From Zootoca vivipara (taxonomy: Eukaryota), in contig NC_083279.1 of the NCBI RefSeq assembly GCF_963506605.1, forward strand, positions 10,788,001 to 10,852,000: 64,000 bases of DNA. The letters are read 5' to 3'. The notes under the pieces are model-generated. The model did not search any database and was not told the origin of the DNA. It worked only from the letters and a program-made list of their open reading frames with translations. The translations under genes were made by a program, and so were the position numbers. This document shows, in pieces, positions 1 through 13,152 of this stretch. Numbering within the stretch: the stretch's first letter is position 1; each line of letters opens with the position of its first letter.

Positions 1-346
1 TAAGCCTTCATTTAGTACTGTCCTAATTTGAATTTTAGATTATTTTTAATGGATCAACACAGTTACTTCTACTGTTTCAACAAAAATATCCATTTGTGAT
101 TATTTCAGCATGCATCAATACACAAAATGATTGCTTGTCTTGGATCCAAGATTGATTCAAGTGCAAAAGAAAGCCAGGGAATAAACTCTCAATAAGTCCT
201 AATAAGTACGGAAGCAGCAGCATTCATGAGATACTAGAAAGAACCATCAGCAGGAGTCTGAGAAAGCAGGTAAGCTAGATAATAATGAAATAATCAGGGA
301 ACAGAGGCAGCCTCAGTAGACATGAAAACTAAAGAAACAGCATTTA

Positions 347-428
347 TTTAGATTTCCTTCCATGACAACCAGTAATATATTACTGTTTAGATTTCCTTTT
401 ATGACAACCAGTAATATATTATCTACTG
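347..428. repeat. Local tandem duplication, 2 copies of a ~39-bp unit
   Basis: TTTAGATTTCCTTYYATGACAACCAGTAATATATT occurs at 347 and again at 386. Confidence 0.9.
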
Positions 429-1859
429 TTTATAACAAAACTGTGAAGTGGGTTAAGTGGCTCAAGGACTGGCAAAGAACTTCATGCTGGGCTGGAGATT
501 GAACCAGAGTTCTCTACATCAAAACCCAATACTTTCTGTTGTACATTACTGGCCCTCAGAAAGCAATGTTTAAGATAAAGATTGATCCCACATTCTCAGT
601 ATTGTTTCACCAATATTGTTACTGCTTTAGAAATCTACTTAATTTGCAATCCCTACCAAATGTTCATCTCAAATAAATTTGGTCATTTGGGGGGCGGATA
701 CTTAAAAAAAAAATCCAGAACAAAGGAACCTCCTTGCTTGGATAGATTTATATTGTTTCAAGAGAAACATTTGTAACCTTACAATGTTATTATCGTGTTT
801 GCTCAAAAGCCTCCTAAGGGTTTAGATGTACCCTTTTATAGTAGCCCTTTGGCAGTTGTCTAGCAGTTGTTTGATCAAATACCATTTATGCTGTGGCCTT
901 TCTGCCATCTAACCTACTTAGTGCACAGCTATCCATCTGCTGGCCTCAATCTGCCCTTCCATCCTATCCTCAAAGGATCGGATGAAACCTTGTTATACCT
1001 CACTAAGTCATAAACCCTTCATTTATTTCAAGAGCCCTTTGAGACCTGGAGTTACTTCCTATTGTACACTCTTGAAGTGTGAAAAGCTTCAATTGGGAAA
1101 CAACAGACACCTGAAAATGAAAAGGTATTCTTCTCAACATCACCCAAGGCAAGGTTTCATGCTCCAATGCAACACAATGATGAAATAGCTCTTTGTATTC
1201 TCTTTCTCAAACGTTTAAGAACTTCTGACAAACACTAGTGCTCTATTGTTATGGCTGCCTGCATTTCAGTATGAGGATATGCTGGGTGACAATCTAGTTT
1301 GGGCAGCTGGGAATACTTCAATACAGTTTCTACATAGAGCAGTAACAGGATTAAGTAGGAAAGCCACAAAAGCAAACCTCAGTGTAAACCACACATGTAA
1401 ACTACATCCAAGTATCAACATTTTAAAATACTAGATGCTTTAATAATAACAAAGAAGAGCAGGAGGAGATGCTCATGCATGAAGATCAAGACAGAATGGC
1501 TGTTATTAACCTAAAGCTTTTTGAGACAGATTACTTGGATCAAACAAAGACTGAGAGCTACAACTAGTTATTTTGGGGGGGGGGAATACAATGGATAGTG
1601 ATAATTTAATTCAGGGCCCCTGTAAATGGCAATGAAGATTACAAGAAGAGTAAGTATTCAAGCACCCCAAACACTACCCATATGATTTCTCCCCCCCCCA
1701 AAACCCCAACCCTTTCTTGTTTTCTTTCTAGATTATTATTGACATTGTTGTCCATTTGCAAATGGTGCAAATTTGTATGGTGTGACCTTGCACACAAACT
1801 CTTGACATCAGGACTGCTAAAAGGCTCTGGGAGCCCTTTGGAATACTGTTGCTGTTTTG

Positions 1860-4800
1860 TGAGTGTGGAGGAGACCGCTCCCTGCTGAAAGGCCCTTCTC
1901 CTGAGAGGCAGCAGCAAGAAGGATGTTTTTAATGTTTTAAATATTTGGCGTTTCAAATGCTGGTGTGTTTTTTAATGTTGAGGGTGGGACAAATCTTTAG
2001 TTGGGGTGGGAATTAGTTTAATTTTAGGGTTTTTGTTTTTGTTGTTTAGTTTCTATTTTATTGGTGTATTGTTTAGTTTGTATTTTGGTTTTAAGGGGAA
2101 AGGGTCAGGGGTGCCTGGGAGTGGGCCCTAGCCAACAGAATGGCTGGGGCAGGTTCCACCGGGGGGGGGGCGGTGCACACAGGTAGGAGGATGAGTTATG
2201 TTAAGGCCAGACCATGTCATTACATGGGAGGCAGGTTTAGTAGTTGTTTGACGACTATCCCTGCCTCCAGTCTGGTCTTGACTGGAAGGATATTGGAATC
2301 AGCAAGGGAGACCCACATGACATGAAGGTGCTGCTGTGCAATACCAGGTCAATGATGAATAAGACCACTGCCATCCATGACTTATCATGGATGGCGGACT
2401 TGACCTGGCATGTGTGGCAGAGACTTGTTTGGACGAAACAGATGGGCCTGTGCTTGTTGCTGCTTGTCCACTAGGTTTCTCTTACGCACAGGAAACCAGA
2501 TCATATGGGGAGGGGGGGTTGCAGTGATTTTTAGGAAGTCATTGGCTTCCACCAGGCATCTATTGGGAAGACCCAGATTTCTAATTGCATGTTCTGGAAG
2601 CTGGGCAATAGGGGCAGTACTGGATTCCTTTTGGTGTACCGACCTCCCCGCTGCACCAAGGATTCCCTAGCCGAGCTGCTTCAAGTCGTCGCGGATATGC
2701 TCCTGGAGACACCTAGTTTGGTTGTCCTAGGGGATTTTAACATCCATGTTGACACAACCTTACAACGGGCCACTCAGGACTTTGTGGAAAGCATGGCCTC
2801 CATGGGGCTGTCCCTGAATAAGTTTGGCCCAACTCATAGTTGTGGACATGCCTTAGTAGGGGATGTTTCATCCCACGTTGACAGCCTTTCAACTGATTCC
2901 CTGGTGGCCCACTGGAATGCAGAGTTAACCAGGGCTATTGACTGTCTGGCTCCAAAGCACCCTCTCCGATTGCATGGAACCCAAACAGCCCCGTGGTTTC
3001 CCCCAGAGCTGAGGGCAATGAAACAATCCTTGAGATGGCTAGAGTGCTAGTGGTGGAAAACTCATGGTGAAATGGACCGGACACAGGTTAGAGCTCAACA
3101 TCAAGCCTACCAAGTGGCGATAGCAATGGCGAAGAGGACCTTTTTCACTGCCTCTATTGCATCTACAGAAAACAGCAGCAGGAGACTCTTTCAGGTGGTT
3201 CATATTTTAATGGAACCACCTGCGCCATAGGGGCCTGATAAGGCCTCCAAGATCTTCTGCAATGATTTTGCAAAGTTTTTTGCAGATCAAGTTGCTCAGA
3301 TTTGAAAAGAGGTAGACTCCACTGTGGGAGCAGGGCCAGGGGAGGAGAGTACTAGAGTCCTGTCTTGTCAAGTTGCATGGGAACAATTCCAATCTGTTAC
3401 CTCTGAGGATGTGGACAGGCTGCTTGGATGAGTGAAACTGACCACCTGTCTCCTTGATCTTTGCCCATCCTGGCTAATAAAAGCGAGCCAGGAAGGGCTG
3501 GGTGATGGGCTCTGCAGGGTGGTGAATGCTCTGTGAGGGGGTCTTCCCAGCCCCGCTGAAAGAGGCAGTCATTAAACCGCTTCTTTTTTTAAAAAAAATC
3601 TTTGGACCCGGCCGATATGATCAACTATCGCCCAGTCTCAAATCTTCCATTCTTGGGCAATGTGATTGAGCGGGTAGTTGCTGAACAACTCCAGGCACGC
3701 CTGGAGGATGCAGATCATTTGGATCCCTTCCAATTGGGATTCAGGCCTCACCATGGGACTGAAATTGCCTTGGTCGTGCTGGTCGATGATCTCCGGCGGG
3801 CTAGGGACAAAGGTGAAAGCTGTTTCCTAGTTCTGCTGGATCTCTCAGCAGCCTTTGATACCAACAATCATAAAACCCTTCTGGACCTTCTAGAAGAGCA
3901 GGGAGCTGGGGGCACTGTTATACAGTGGTTCCGCTCCTTCCTCCTGGGCCGTGTCCAGAAAGTGGTGTTGGAGGATGAGTGTTCAGACCCTTGGGTTCTC
4001 ACTTGTGGGGTGCCTCAGGGTTCCGTCCTCTCCCCCATGCTTTTTAATATCTATATGAAGCCGCTGGGAGAGATAATCAGGGGTTTGGGCTGGGTGCTCA
4101 TCAATATGCAGATGATACCCAGCTCTACCTCTTTCAAATCAGAACCAGTGAGGGTGGTGAAGTGTGAGTGCCTGGAGGTGGTTGGAGGATGGATTGTAGC
4201 TAACAGATTGAGGTAGAATCCTGACAAGACAGAAGTACTGTTTTTTGGGGGGGAGGGTGTGGGTGTGGGGGACTCCTTGGTCCTGAATGGGGAAAATATG
4301 GCCCTGAAGGAGCAGATGTGCAGCCTGGGAGTCATTTTGGACTCACAGCTGTCCATGGAGCTGCAGGTCAATTCTGTGTCCAGGGCAGTTGTCTACCAGC
4401 TCCATCTGGTATGCAGACTGAGACCCTACCTGCCCGTGGACTATCTCACTGGAGTGATGCATGCCCTGGTTATCTCCTGCTTGGACTACTGCAATGCGTT
4501 CTACATGGGGCTACCTTTGAAGGTGACCCGGAAACTGCAACTAATCCAGAATGCAGCAGCTAGACTGGTGTCTGGGAGTGGCCGCCAAGACCATATAACA
4601 CCGATCCTAAAAGATCATTGGCTCCCAGTACGTTTCTGTGCACAAATCAAAGTGTTAGTGCTGACCTTCAAAGCCCTAAACAGCCTCAGCCCAATATACC
4701 TGGGGTTACAGGGAACCAGGAAGAGGGCCTTCTCAGTAGTGGTGCCCACTATGTGGAACGCCCTCCCATTAGCTGTCAAGGAAATAAACAACTATACGAC

Positions 4801-4950
4801 TTTTAGAAGACATCTGAAGGCAGCCCTGTTTAGGGAAGTTTTTACTGTTTGAAGTTTTATTCTGTTTTTAATGTTCTGTTCAAAGCCACCCAGAGTGGCT
4901 GGGGAAACCCAGTCAGATGGTTGGGGTAGAAATAATAAATTATTATTATA
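1860..4950 (+). mobile_element. Near full-length, decayed L2-clade LINE (APE endonuclease + reverse transcriptase)
   Basis: EN motifs across broken frames: LLCNTRSM, GGGVAVI, VYRPP, VLGDFNIH. RT motifs: NYRPVSNLPFL, QLGFRPHHGTE, LLDLSAAFDT, GVPQGSVLSP, and YADD (tatgcagatgat ~4105, frameshifted). L2-type C-terminus LDYCN..HWLPV..KVLVLTFKAL. The 3' end is a GC stem-loop plus aataataaattattattat tail. The 5' boundary is approximate. Confidence 0.93.
2320..4852 (+). pseudogene. Disrupted L2 ORF2 (EN-RT), split into track ORFs 2244-2474, 2410-2670, 2589-3050, 3602-4216 and 4259-4852
   Basis: Consecutive motif blocks lie in different frames with stops; sequence appears deleted near 2855 and 4700. 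Confidence 0.9.
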
Positions 4951-6604
4951 AAATTATTTTTGTTATTGAATTAGGTGCCATTATCATCCCATTTGCTATA
5001 TAGCAATTAAAGCTCAAAGAAATCGCATTAGGACTTGTCATATATTGGGGGTTTTCTCTGTGGGAACCCCCCCTCACCCCGCTCACAAAATGCTTGCTGT
5101 AGAACCAAACATCAATTTTCTGGAAAAAAATAGCTACTGATTAGATGATTTTTTTTTACTCCTATGAAAGAACAGTTCTCTAAATCTGATTTCACCCTAG
5201 CAAATACTGTACCTGTTTGTGTGGACAAAAACATGACTTTCAGAAGCAGAGAAGGAGGAAGATCAGTAAGTGTCTAAAACCAGACCCAAACTCCATCTGT
5301 TTTATTTCACAAGTCAGCCACACTTTTCTACCTTAGTCTTCAATTCTGCAAGCATATAGAACAGCACAGCACAGCGCATAATGCATTAAGTCCACAGGAG
5401 GTTTTCACCCTGAGGAAAAGAGGAAGCAGTGAAAAAGCTGCACATAGCAGATGTGGGCTTAATGTATACCTGGAAGGCATTCTGATGGCTTTATGACAAT
5501 AAGCACACGCAGCATTTCAAAGTTAAAAGGAGGAAATTCTTTGTGTATGTACATTCCCTTTGCCCTTATCCTGACAATTATGCAAATATTTGATTTTAAC
5601 CAAGGATAGATCAGTTTTATTAACTCCTCAAATTTCTGTCATAAATTTTTCATTCTTCTTTTGCTTTCCATTACCTCCTTTTCATATCAGTTTGCAGATT
5701 CCCCCTTCCCACCAGTAATTTCTTTTGTTATTTGCCCCAAAAGATTTCTCATTCCACAACTTTGTCACTCAGTTGCTTGCCACTAGACTAGACCTTAGGC
5801 TTCATTCTGTTGTGGATGGAAAATATAGATTTTTGTCTTAGGCCAGCCCCTCACCATCTGTGAAAATGACTATGTGCTCCATTTGGTAACTACATAAAGA
5901 AAAATATTTCCATGTAATGTATTTTGATTTGGTGCCCTATCTGCTTCCAAAACCCCTGGAAGTACTGGAGTTAAGTAATGCTCTTGGAAACTTATCTCTG
6001 CCAAATTTTATATGTGTTATAAATTCACCAGACTGATTCATTAAGCACCACCTATCCATTATCTTAAAACACTGCTATCTTATGTTATTACAAATAGGTG
6101 TTGCATAAAGAGATGCCCATGTTCTGATCCAACTATCTTCTTTTGTTTCCTTTCCCAGGTCTGACTCTCAAGTGGCCATAGTCTCTTCTTCCACATTGTG
6201 TGTCCAGTAGCAGAGTGATTCATAATAGAGCTTTAACTGTAATTCCCTAGCAAAACCTGCATTGCTCAAAACCTCTTGGATAACTTATTGTCTTGGGTGG
6301 ATAGTTATACTTTTCATAAATGCTGTAAATGAAATCATTGCTTCCATTCCAGCTTACATCCTAAAATACAATGACATTACTTTGCACTAACTTTATATTC
6401 GTCTTTTTTTAGAACTGCTTTATAGCTGCACTATAGGTATACAGAGATGACCCAAGACATCTTGCTGTCTGAGATGGAGCAGCAAATTTATTTTTTATTT
6501 ATTTCAACAATTTATGTATCACTTAACACTGTAGGTCATATTCACACCCTGCATTTAATGCACTCCTATACTATTTTAATAGTTGTGGCTTCTCTCAATG
6601 AATC

Positions 6605-6745
6605 AGTGGCCAGTGCAGCTGGCTATTAACCAGAAAGCTGGTTCAAGTCTACTCAGGGACGACTGTGGGCAGGATTTCTGCATTGCAGGGGGGTGGACTA
6701 GAGTACCCTGAGGGTCCCTTCCAACTCTATAATTTTGTGATTCTA
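6605..6745 (+). mobile_element. tRNA-head / CR1-tail SINE, degraded
   Basis: B-box-like GGTTCAAGTC, then ctgcattgcagggg..ggactag..ggtcccttccaactct..gattct, the same tail as 48223-48361. Confidence 0.75.
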
Positions 6746-9042
6746 ATCCTGGCAAGTGCAATTTGTTATGGGTGTTGCAACATGTGAGGGGTTTCCTAAT
6801 AACTCTTGCCACCCTTCACAAACAATTCACAGGATATTTATTTTTTTGGGGGGGGCTGGCGTCATGGGTGTTTAAGTGGTACAAGAGTGTTTTAAATGGA
6901 TGGTGTGGGTGTGGCAGTAGTCTCTTGGTTTTTTTGTGTCAATATTTATATATTGTGCCTTGCACCATAAATGATTTCAAAGCAGTTTACAAAACAATCT
7001 ACATTCCCCTCCCCACCCAGGAGTCAATACATCCCCGAATCAAGGTGCATAGTGAAGTCCCAAGGACAATCACATTATTTGGCACCTGAAGCAGAAAATA
7101 CCAACAACACTTCTACTACTCCTTAGCAGTAAAATACATTAACAATAAATTAAATATCAAACCATTTCCTGCACTTTCACAACACTCAAAATGCCTGCCT
7201 GAGGCAGCTGTTTCCCAATGGGACTAAATGTGTGTGGGTATGTTGGCATTAAAAGCTTGCAACCAGAAACACTACATGACCATTAACTGAAGTTCTCTGC
7301 AGTTATATCCATTCCATGTCAACAATCAATGTCTTTTTAGTAGTAAACAGAGTGTGTATACAGAGGTCAGGGTGGGTGCAGTGGAAGTAACCCACTTCTT
7401 CCACCAACATATTCATTAAGTTCAAATATGATATCTAAACAGGGTTGTTTTTCTTCTTCAAATAATAATAAACTTCTGGTCTACTAATGCCTCACATACA
7501 AATCTCATCCTCTAGTGATCAAGGACTAACCCCCCCCCCCAAAAAAACGCTCCAGAATCTGGCATTTAAAATTATTTGTACCAACTGAGTATTCTATGCA
7601 GCTGTAACTAGTAGATGCAAAATTCTCATTTCTTGAACACTTGAAGATTGGGTTTGTGATTGGAAATCTGACCTCCTCGAGACAAAATACCTGGGAGAAC
7701 TAATCTTGCTCATATAGGCAAAATGTGCTTTATTTTCATTTGCTAAATTATGCACACATGAAATAATCTCATGCTGTGTGACCAAAATGGATTTTCCAGA
7801 TGTAAACATCAGGTACAGAGCATATATTTCATCTTGTTTTCAAGTTCTATTGTTTGCAAGTAATGCTATGTTGTTCCTGCAGTGTAAATAAAATGATTGT
7901 ACATTCTTATTCCCCTTGTATCCCTTGCAAAAGTTAGAAACTGTAAGGAAACATTGAGAGGAAATGTTTTTTTCCCTCTAAGAAATGTTAGAGAAATTTT
8001 CTCTAAGAAACGTTCTTTTTCTCTAAAAGCAGGTATATATTTGTGGAATTAAATAATATGACTTTACAATGGGGGAGGGTGGGAGCTTCTAAACTTCAAT
8101 TACAAAATTAGCATTGCATGACCGCACTGGGTGCAATGCAATATAGTCAAACTTCAGTAAAACAGTTGGCAGACTACCTCCCTTGATCTTCAAAAATTAC
8201 TTCACCTCAGGATTCGCTAGGATGCCAGTGCTTTGGATTGCAATATGCCTGGCGAGAGGCACTAGCTAAGAAATCTGGCAGCTGATAATGATGGAAGAGG
8301 AGAGGAGAAATATCTACTTTGGACTGCTGCACTTTTTACTGATAGAAAGAAACAAACTGATAGAAGATATACTTTGAGAAGCAAACGTAGGTTGGATGCT
8401 GGACACTCCAGTGGGTTGAAGAAGCTAGAAAATTGAATGATGCAAATGGAAAACCTAGCTATCTATGAATGTATCTCATCGTGTATTTAGTGGAGAACAA
8501 GACTAGCAAAACCTGATCCTGCACATTTATGCTGTGAGGCCTATGTACTGGCTGTTATGGTGCCTTCCAACACCTCCGTGACAGGAGATTGAAGAGAGTC
8601 AAGTCCCACCAGATTACTGTGCTTCAAAATATGTGTGCACCTTAACAGTTTCCTTTCATAGGCTTAGAAGGGTCCAAAAAGACCATCAAATCCAGGCTCC
8701 TGCTGCAACACAGAGCCATCCAGCCCATACAACTCATAATACAGTATGCTGTTAGTGCATCTGTGAAATGTGTCTTCTGCAGGGAAAGTAAGCTATACAA
8801 TATGCTAAAGGAGAAGAAAAGAAAGTAAACACCAGGAGGAGGGGGGATCCAGTCCAAGATAGCTAGTGCTCTCCACCCCAAGCTGCCCTCCCTTGTTTAA
8901 AAGCTAACAATTGCAGCAGGAGAAGGGTGTTATACCAGGTGCATCCTATTCAGCTACATGTTCATCAACTGTACCATGGCAAAAGTACAGTAAAAGATGT
9001 TTATAGTAGACTGACATGATGCATGGATGCTCAATTAAAATA

Positions 9043-9044
<2 letters not shown>

Positions 9045-9092
<48 letters not shown>
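9045..9092. repeat. (AT)n microsatellite
   Basis: Perfect dinucleotide run. Confidence 0.98.
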
Positions 9093-9096
<4 letters not shown>

Positions 9097-9993
9097 AAGG
9101 AGGAAGGAAAGAAAGGCTAACTGTGTGAATAGTGTAATCTAACCCCTTCTGAAATGTTTTTTGGGGGGAGGGTTATTGGGTTATTACTTTGATTATGTAT
9201 TATATAGTTTTATATTTTGATTTTATTCTGTGAACCACTGAGGTCTCTGGGTATAAAACTGTATATATATTCAATTCATCATTATCATCATCATCATTGG
9301 AACCAGACCCCTGAATTCACAAAGATCACCTAACTTCCCCATACAGTAACACATAGAAATACACACTTATGTTATTTTAATATGAGAACACTAGAAGGAG
9401 CCCAGGATATTGCTGTGGCCAGGAAGAGATGGTCTTTTGTGGTTTTTAAAGTGGCCAGCAACTGGACAGTAATCATCACTGAGGTCCTTAGACTACCAAA
9501 TTATAACAGCAGCAGCTATAATAAAGCTTAGTTTACTTTGCTAACATTCATTTTTAGATTCTTATTATTGGTATCTTTTCCTTCTGCCATTTCTATTTAC
9601 CTCCAGCAAATTAAATCCAATACTGTTTATAAAATGGAGCAAAATCCCATTAGCAGCGGTGGCTGTACATATGTTTTATATTAATAGAATCAATTGCCCC
9701 CAAGGAATTATGCATTTATATTCATGAACTCAGTGAAGAAGAATCCAAAAGAGCTGCCAATGGCAGAAGAGCTGAAGGAACAAGGTGAGTTAATGTGCTG
9801 GCAAAGAAACTATATCATTGTGGCTGGAACACATCTTCTGAAACAGACAGGAAAAGGATGAGGGGAAAGGTGCTAATATTTCAGCCCCCTTTTCTTTGCA
9901 ACAGATACTTTAACTACTAGCAGAAGGCCAGGAATGGGTTTCACTGATTCACAGGAAAATCTGAAGGGGATTTAGCTTGAAATATCATCTGAC

Positions 9994-10054
9994 GTGCTAT
10001 GGTCCATGGGGTCACGAAGAGTCGGACACGACTAAACGACTAAACAACAACAAC
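9994..10054 (+). mobile_element. Extremely 5'-truncated RTE/Bov-B LINE 3' end
   Basis: gtccatggggtcacgaagagtcggacacgactaaacgactaaacaacaacaac is a Bov-B-type terminus. It is flanked by a perfect 9-bp TSD TCATCTGAC (9985-9993, 10055-10063). Confidence 0.9.
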
Positions 10055-11372
10055 TCATCTGACACCGAGGGGGGGGGGGAATCAAAGTTACTTTGACACT
10101 GATTCTTTGTACATGAAACTCACCTGAAGCCGCAGGTTGGTCATTCTCCAGGGGAGAATCAATTTTTTTTCTAAGAGACAGCCTGAGCTGTAATTCAAAC
10201 TTCCCTTCCTGTGTGTGTGTGTGTTTCCCTTTAGAACTCAGTGGGAACTAGCTGGAACCTTAAGTCTTGCCTGTGTAGCAAGCCCTAGCTGCTATGCTGA
10301 GCTGTTGACATATTGCTTACGCATAAATAAAACAGTTGAAGTTAACAGTATCTTGACTCCTGCTGTTTTTTGGTCTTAGGGCTGGCTGACCCATTGCAAG
10401 GTTTCCTCACACAATGAGTATCTTTCAAAAACCCATGGGATACTGTTTGTGCTAACCAAGAGGGCAAAACTGTTGAGTCTGGCTGTAGGTGCAACAATAA
10501 ATATGTATGTAAAGTGAAAAGCAATCATCATAAATATAAAAAGGATTGCCCAGTTTACTTAAAAGGCCCAACCTCTATTTCCCAGGGGCTGCAAAATCTG
10601 TCCATCCTCCTATCCAGTATATCAGTAGCTATTCTGAACATTAGTCTAAGCTGAAATCCCATATTATCAAATAACTTCAGTGGCAATGCCTCATTTTAAA
10701 ACCTAAGCAAGCGATATTCAGTCAACCATTTATCACAAAGAACACTTTTTGTGTGTGTAGTTACAATAAAATAGCACTTTAAGGCTTGCAATCAATCACT
10801 GTACAGGTCTGAAATTAGAACTTTGATGACATTATTTCCACATGGTAAAATCCTTAGAAAAACAATTCTCTTTAGATGCACTCATAAAGTTAAAAAAGCA
10901 GCATTTGGTTTCCATTGCCATGATCATCCACCATAGAACCATTTTGCACCAACAATTTCTGCATAGTTCACTGCCATCAATCTTGTTAGGACTGTTATGA
11001 ATATAATATGGAAAGTGTGTTTATTCAGGGTTTTCTTAAGAAGAAAATTATACTTGACAGTAGCAGCCAATGCAATCTCTTCAATTATTTTGTTCTTTTG
11101 AAAGTATAGCTTCTCTATTTCAAGTAGTTTCCATCTTTCTATACCAAAAACAGATAAGAACAAAAGCTGGTTATAATCTACCATAGATTACTATTGTGTG
11201 ATCCTATGAGCTACTAATCTTAAATTGCAGCATATGTGATCTGAGCAAGGCACCTAGCAATGGTTTAAGGGGACAATATTAAAACACAATCCCAGACCCA
11301 CAACTGCAACAGCCTTGGACATTAAGGTAATATCTGTTTTTTTAGAAAAACTTCCAAACTTCCATACCTACA

Positions 11373-11483
11373 TACCTTCTGTTTCAGTGTATCTGAAGAA
11401 GTGTGCATGCACACGAAAGCTCATACCAATGACAAACTTAGTTGGTCTCTAAGGTGCTACTGGAAGGATTTTTTTTAATTTTG
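11373..11483 (+). mobile_element. Short Penelope-like pLTR insertion carrying a hammerhead ribozyme
   Basis: 13-bp TSD TTCCAYACCTACA (11360-11372, 11484-11496, one mismatch) around a hammerhead motif. Confidence 0.8.
11389..11426 (+). ncRNA. Minimal type I hammerhead ribozyme
   Basis: Stem I GTAT/ATAC; core CTGAAGA (11393-11399); stem II GTGTGCATGCACAC (11401-11414); GAAA (11415-11418); palindromic AGCT stem III followed by C at the cleavage position. Confidence 0.8.
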
Positions 11484-11511
11484 TTCCACACCTACAGTAT
11501 TTAGTTACATT

Positions 11512-11602
11512 GGGTGGTATTCAATTAAGTTTTACTAGGAAAAGACCCACTGAAATTAGTCATGTTCATTAATTTCAGTGGCTCTACTCTGAGTGAAACT
11601 AT
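11512..11602. mobile_element. Old palindromic MITE-like repeat
   Basis: Inverted arms CCACTGAAATTA / TAATTTCAGTGG. Related looser palindromes occur near 24670-24820 and 32575-32700. Confidence 0.55.
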
Positions 11603-12299
11603 GTATGTAGGCCGGGGGGCGGGGGGGATAACAACCATTTTCTTAAAGGAGGTTTGCTATGAGGAAAGGGGTAGGAATGCTTATTTTAAGATGGTTCTTG
11701 CCATCGGCAGTTTTTAAAAGCATTTGTGTTACAGTACTCTGGAAAAAATCAGCCCAATTAACTGGGGTATCATTTTAATCTATTACATGTTTTAAACTGA
11801 GTACCTCATTAAGCAATTAATCATTCCAACTCAACTAATAAGTTCATTAAAAATACCCCTTGCAAGCCACGAACAAAAGATCTCTAAAGAAAGAAAATAA
11901 TTTATCTAGGGCTGTTAAAATCCTTATTTAGTACCAATACTAAAAAAAGGAAAATGTTATATTGGCTTGTTTCTTCCCTTCAAATTAACATTCCCATCTC
12001 TGATTTCCCACTCAGCCTTTGTAAATTGGAAAGAACTTTCATGGATAAATTGCATGTACACTCTCTACTTAGTTCCACCCATGCATAGCTTAAAGTTCCC
12101 AAAAACTACGGTAGTTATCCAATTGCTATTTCTGTGTTTGCAACTCCTACTTGCCCTATCCCATGAAAAGGTAAGAAGCCACCACTTACCTTTAAAACTT
12201 ACAAATTATTCATGTAAATGTTATCCTGACAAAAAAGTCAATCCCACTCCACATCATAAAACCACAGAATTGGGAGATAAGCTTCCTACATGTTGGTAG

Positions 12300-12775
12300 C
12301 AATTATTCTTCAGCATCAACTTCGCTGGACTGGTCATGTTGTGCAGATGCCTGATGATCGTCTTCCAAAGCAACTACTCTATTCTGAACTTAAAAATGGA
12401 AAGTGTAATGCCCTGGTGATCAACAAAAGAGGTTTAAAGACTGTCTCAAGGCAAATCTAAAAAAATGTAGTATGAACATTGACAACTGGGAAACTCTGGC
12501 CTGCGAGCGCTCCAGTTGGAGAACAGCCTTTACCAAAGGTGTCATGGGCTTTGAAGAAACTCAATCTCAGGACGCAAGGGAGAAACGTGCTAAGAGGAAG
12601 GCACACTTGGCAAATCCACACCATGATCAACTCCCGCTTGAAAACCAATGTCCCCACTGTGGAAGAATGTGTGGATCCAGAATTGGCCTCCACAGTCACT
12701 TACGGACCCATTGTTAAAACCGTGTTTATGGAAGACAATCTTACTCGGCTACGAGTGATCGCCAAAGAAAGAGCC
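12300..12775 (+). mobile_element. 5'-truncated RTE-clade LINE (ORF C-terminus + 3' UTR)
   Basis: QLRWTGHVV.MPDDRLPKQLLYSEL, then WETLACERSSWR and a terminal C2H2-like motif CPHCGRMCGSRIGLHSHLRTH, typical of RTE ORF ends. Confidence 0.9.
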
Positions 12776-12914
12776 AATCTCTAACCTACTAAGATGCAGG
12801 ATGGCAGATGATGTTCTAAGCTAAACCAGTAAGCAGCAGCCTCCATACACCACATCTCTCTAATATTGATTATCATAAGGAAGGGTTGTTTGGGAAGTCT
12901 AGCTGGCTGTGACT

Positions 12915-13152
12915 CACTAAGCATTCACTTCTATGCAACAAAGTCATTGCATGAGCAGTTGAGTTTCCACTCACGTAATGGAACTTCCCCTCTCTCCACG
13001 TCTCCCTCTTCCACAACTGCTCTGGGGGGGGGGTCTCCCCAACCATTGGGAGCAGATTCGACAGGGTGTGGGGGACACATGGCAGGGAGGAAAGGGGAAG
13101 TTCCACTGCATATGCAGAAGTCATTCTGCTTGCACAGTGACTTCATTAGATT
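12915..13152. mobile_element. Ancient imperfect palindromic (fold-back) MITE-like element
   Basis: Inverted arms TGGAACTTCCCCT / AGGGGAAGTTCCA and AAGTCATTG / CAGTGACTT. Confidence 0.6.

Noticed and set aside
10124-10187. Minus-strand exon ending at a strong CAG|GTGAGT donor
   Set aside because: The acceptor is ambiguous (47 or 64 nt) with a poor pyrimidine tract and no recognisable peptide.
11054-11138. Minus-strand exon RWKLLEIEKLYFQKNKIIEEIALAATVK
   Set aside because: Reasonable acceptor but a weak donor (GTATAA), and the peptide is unrecognised; insufficient support.
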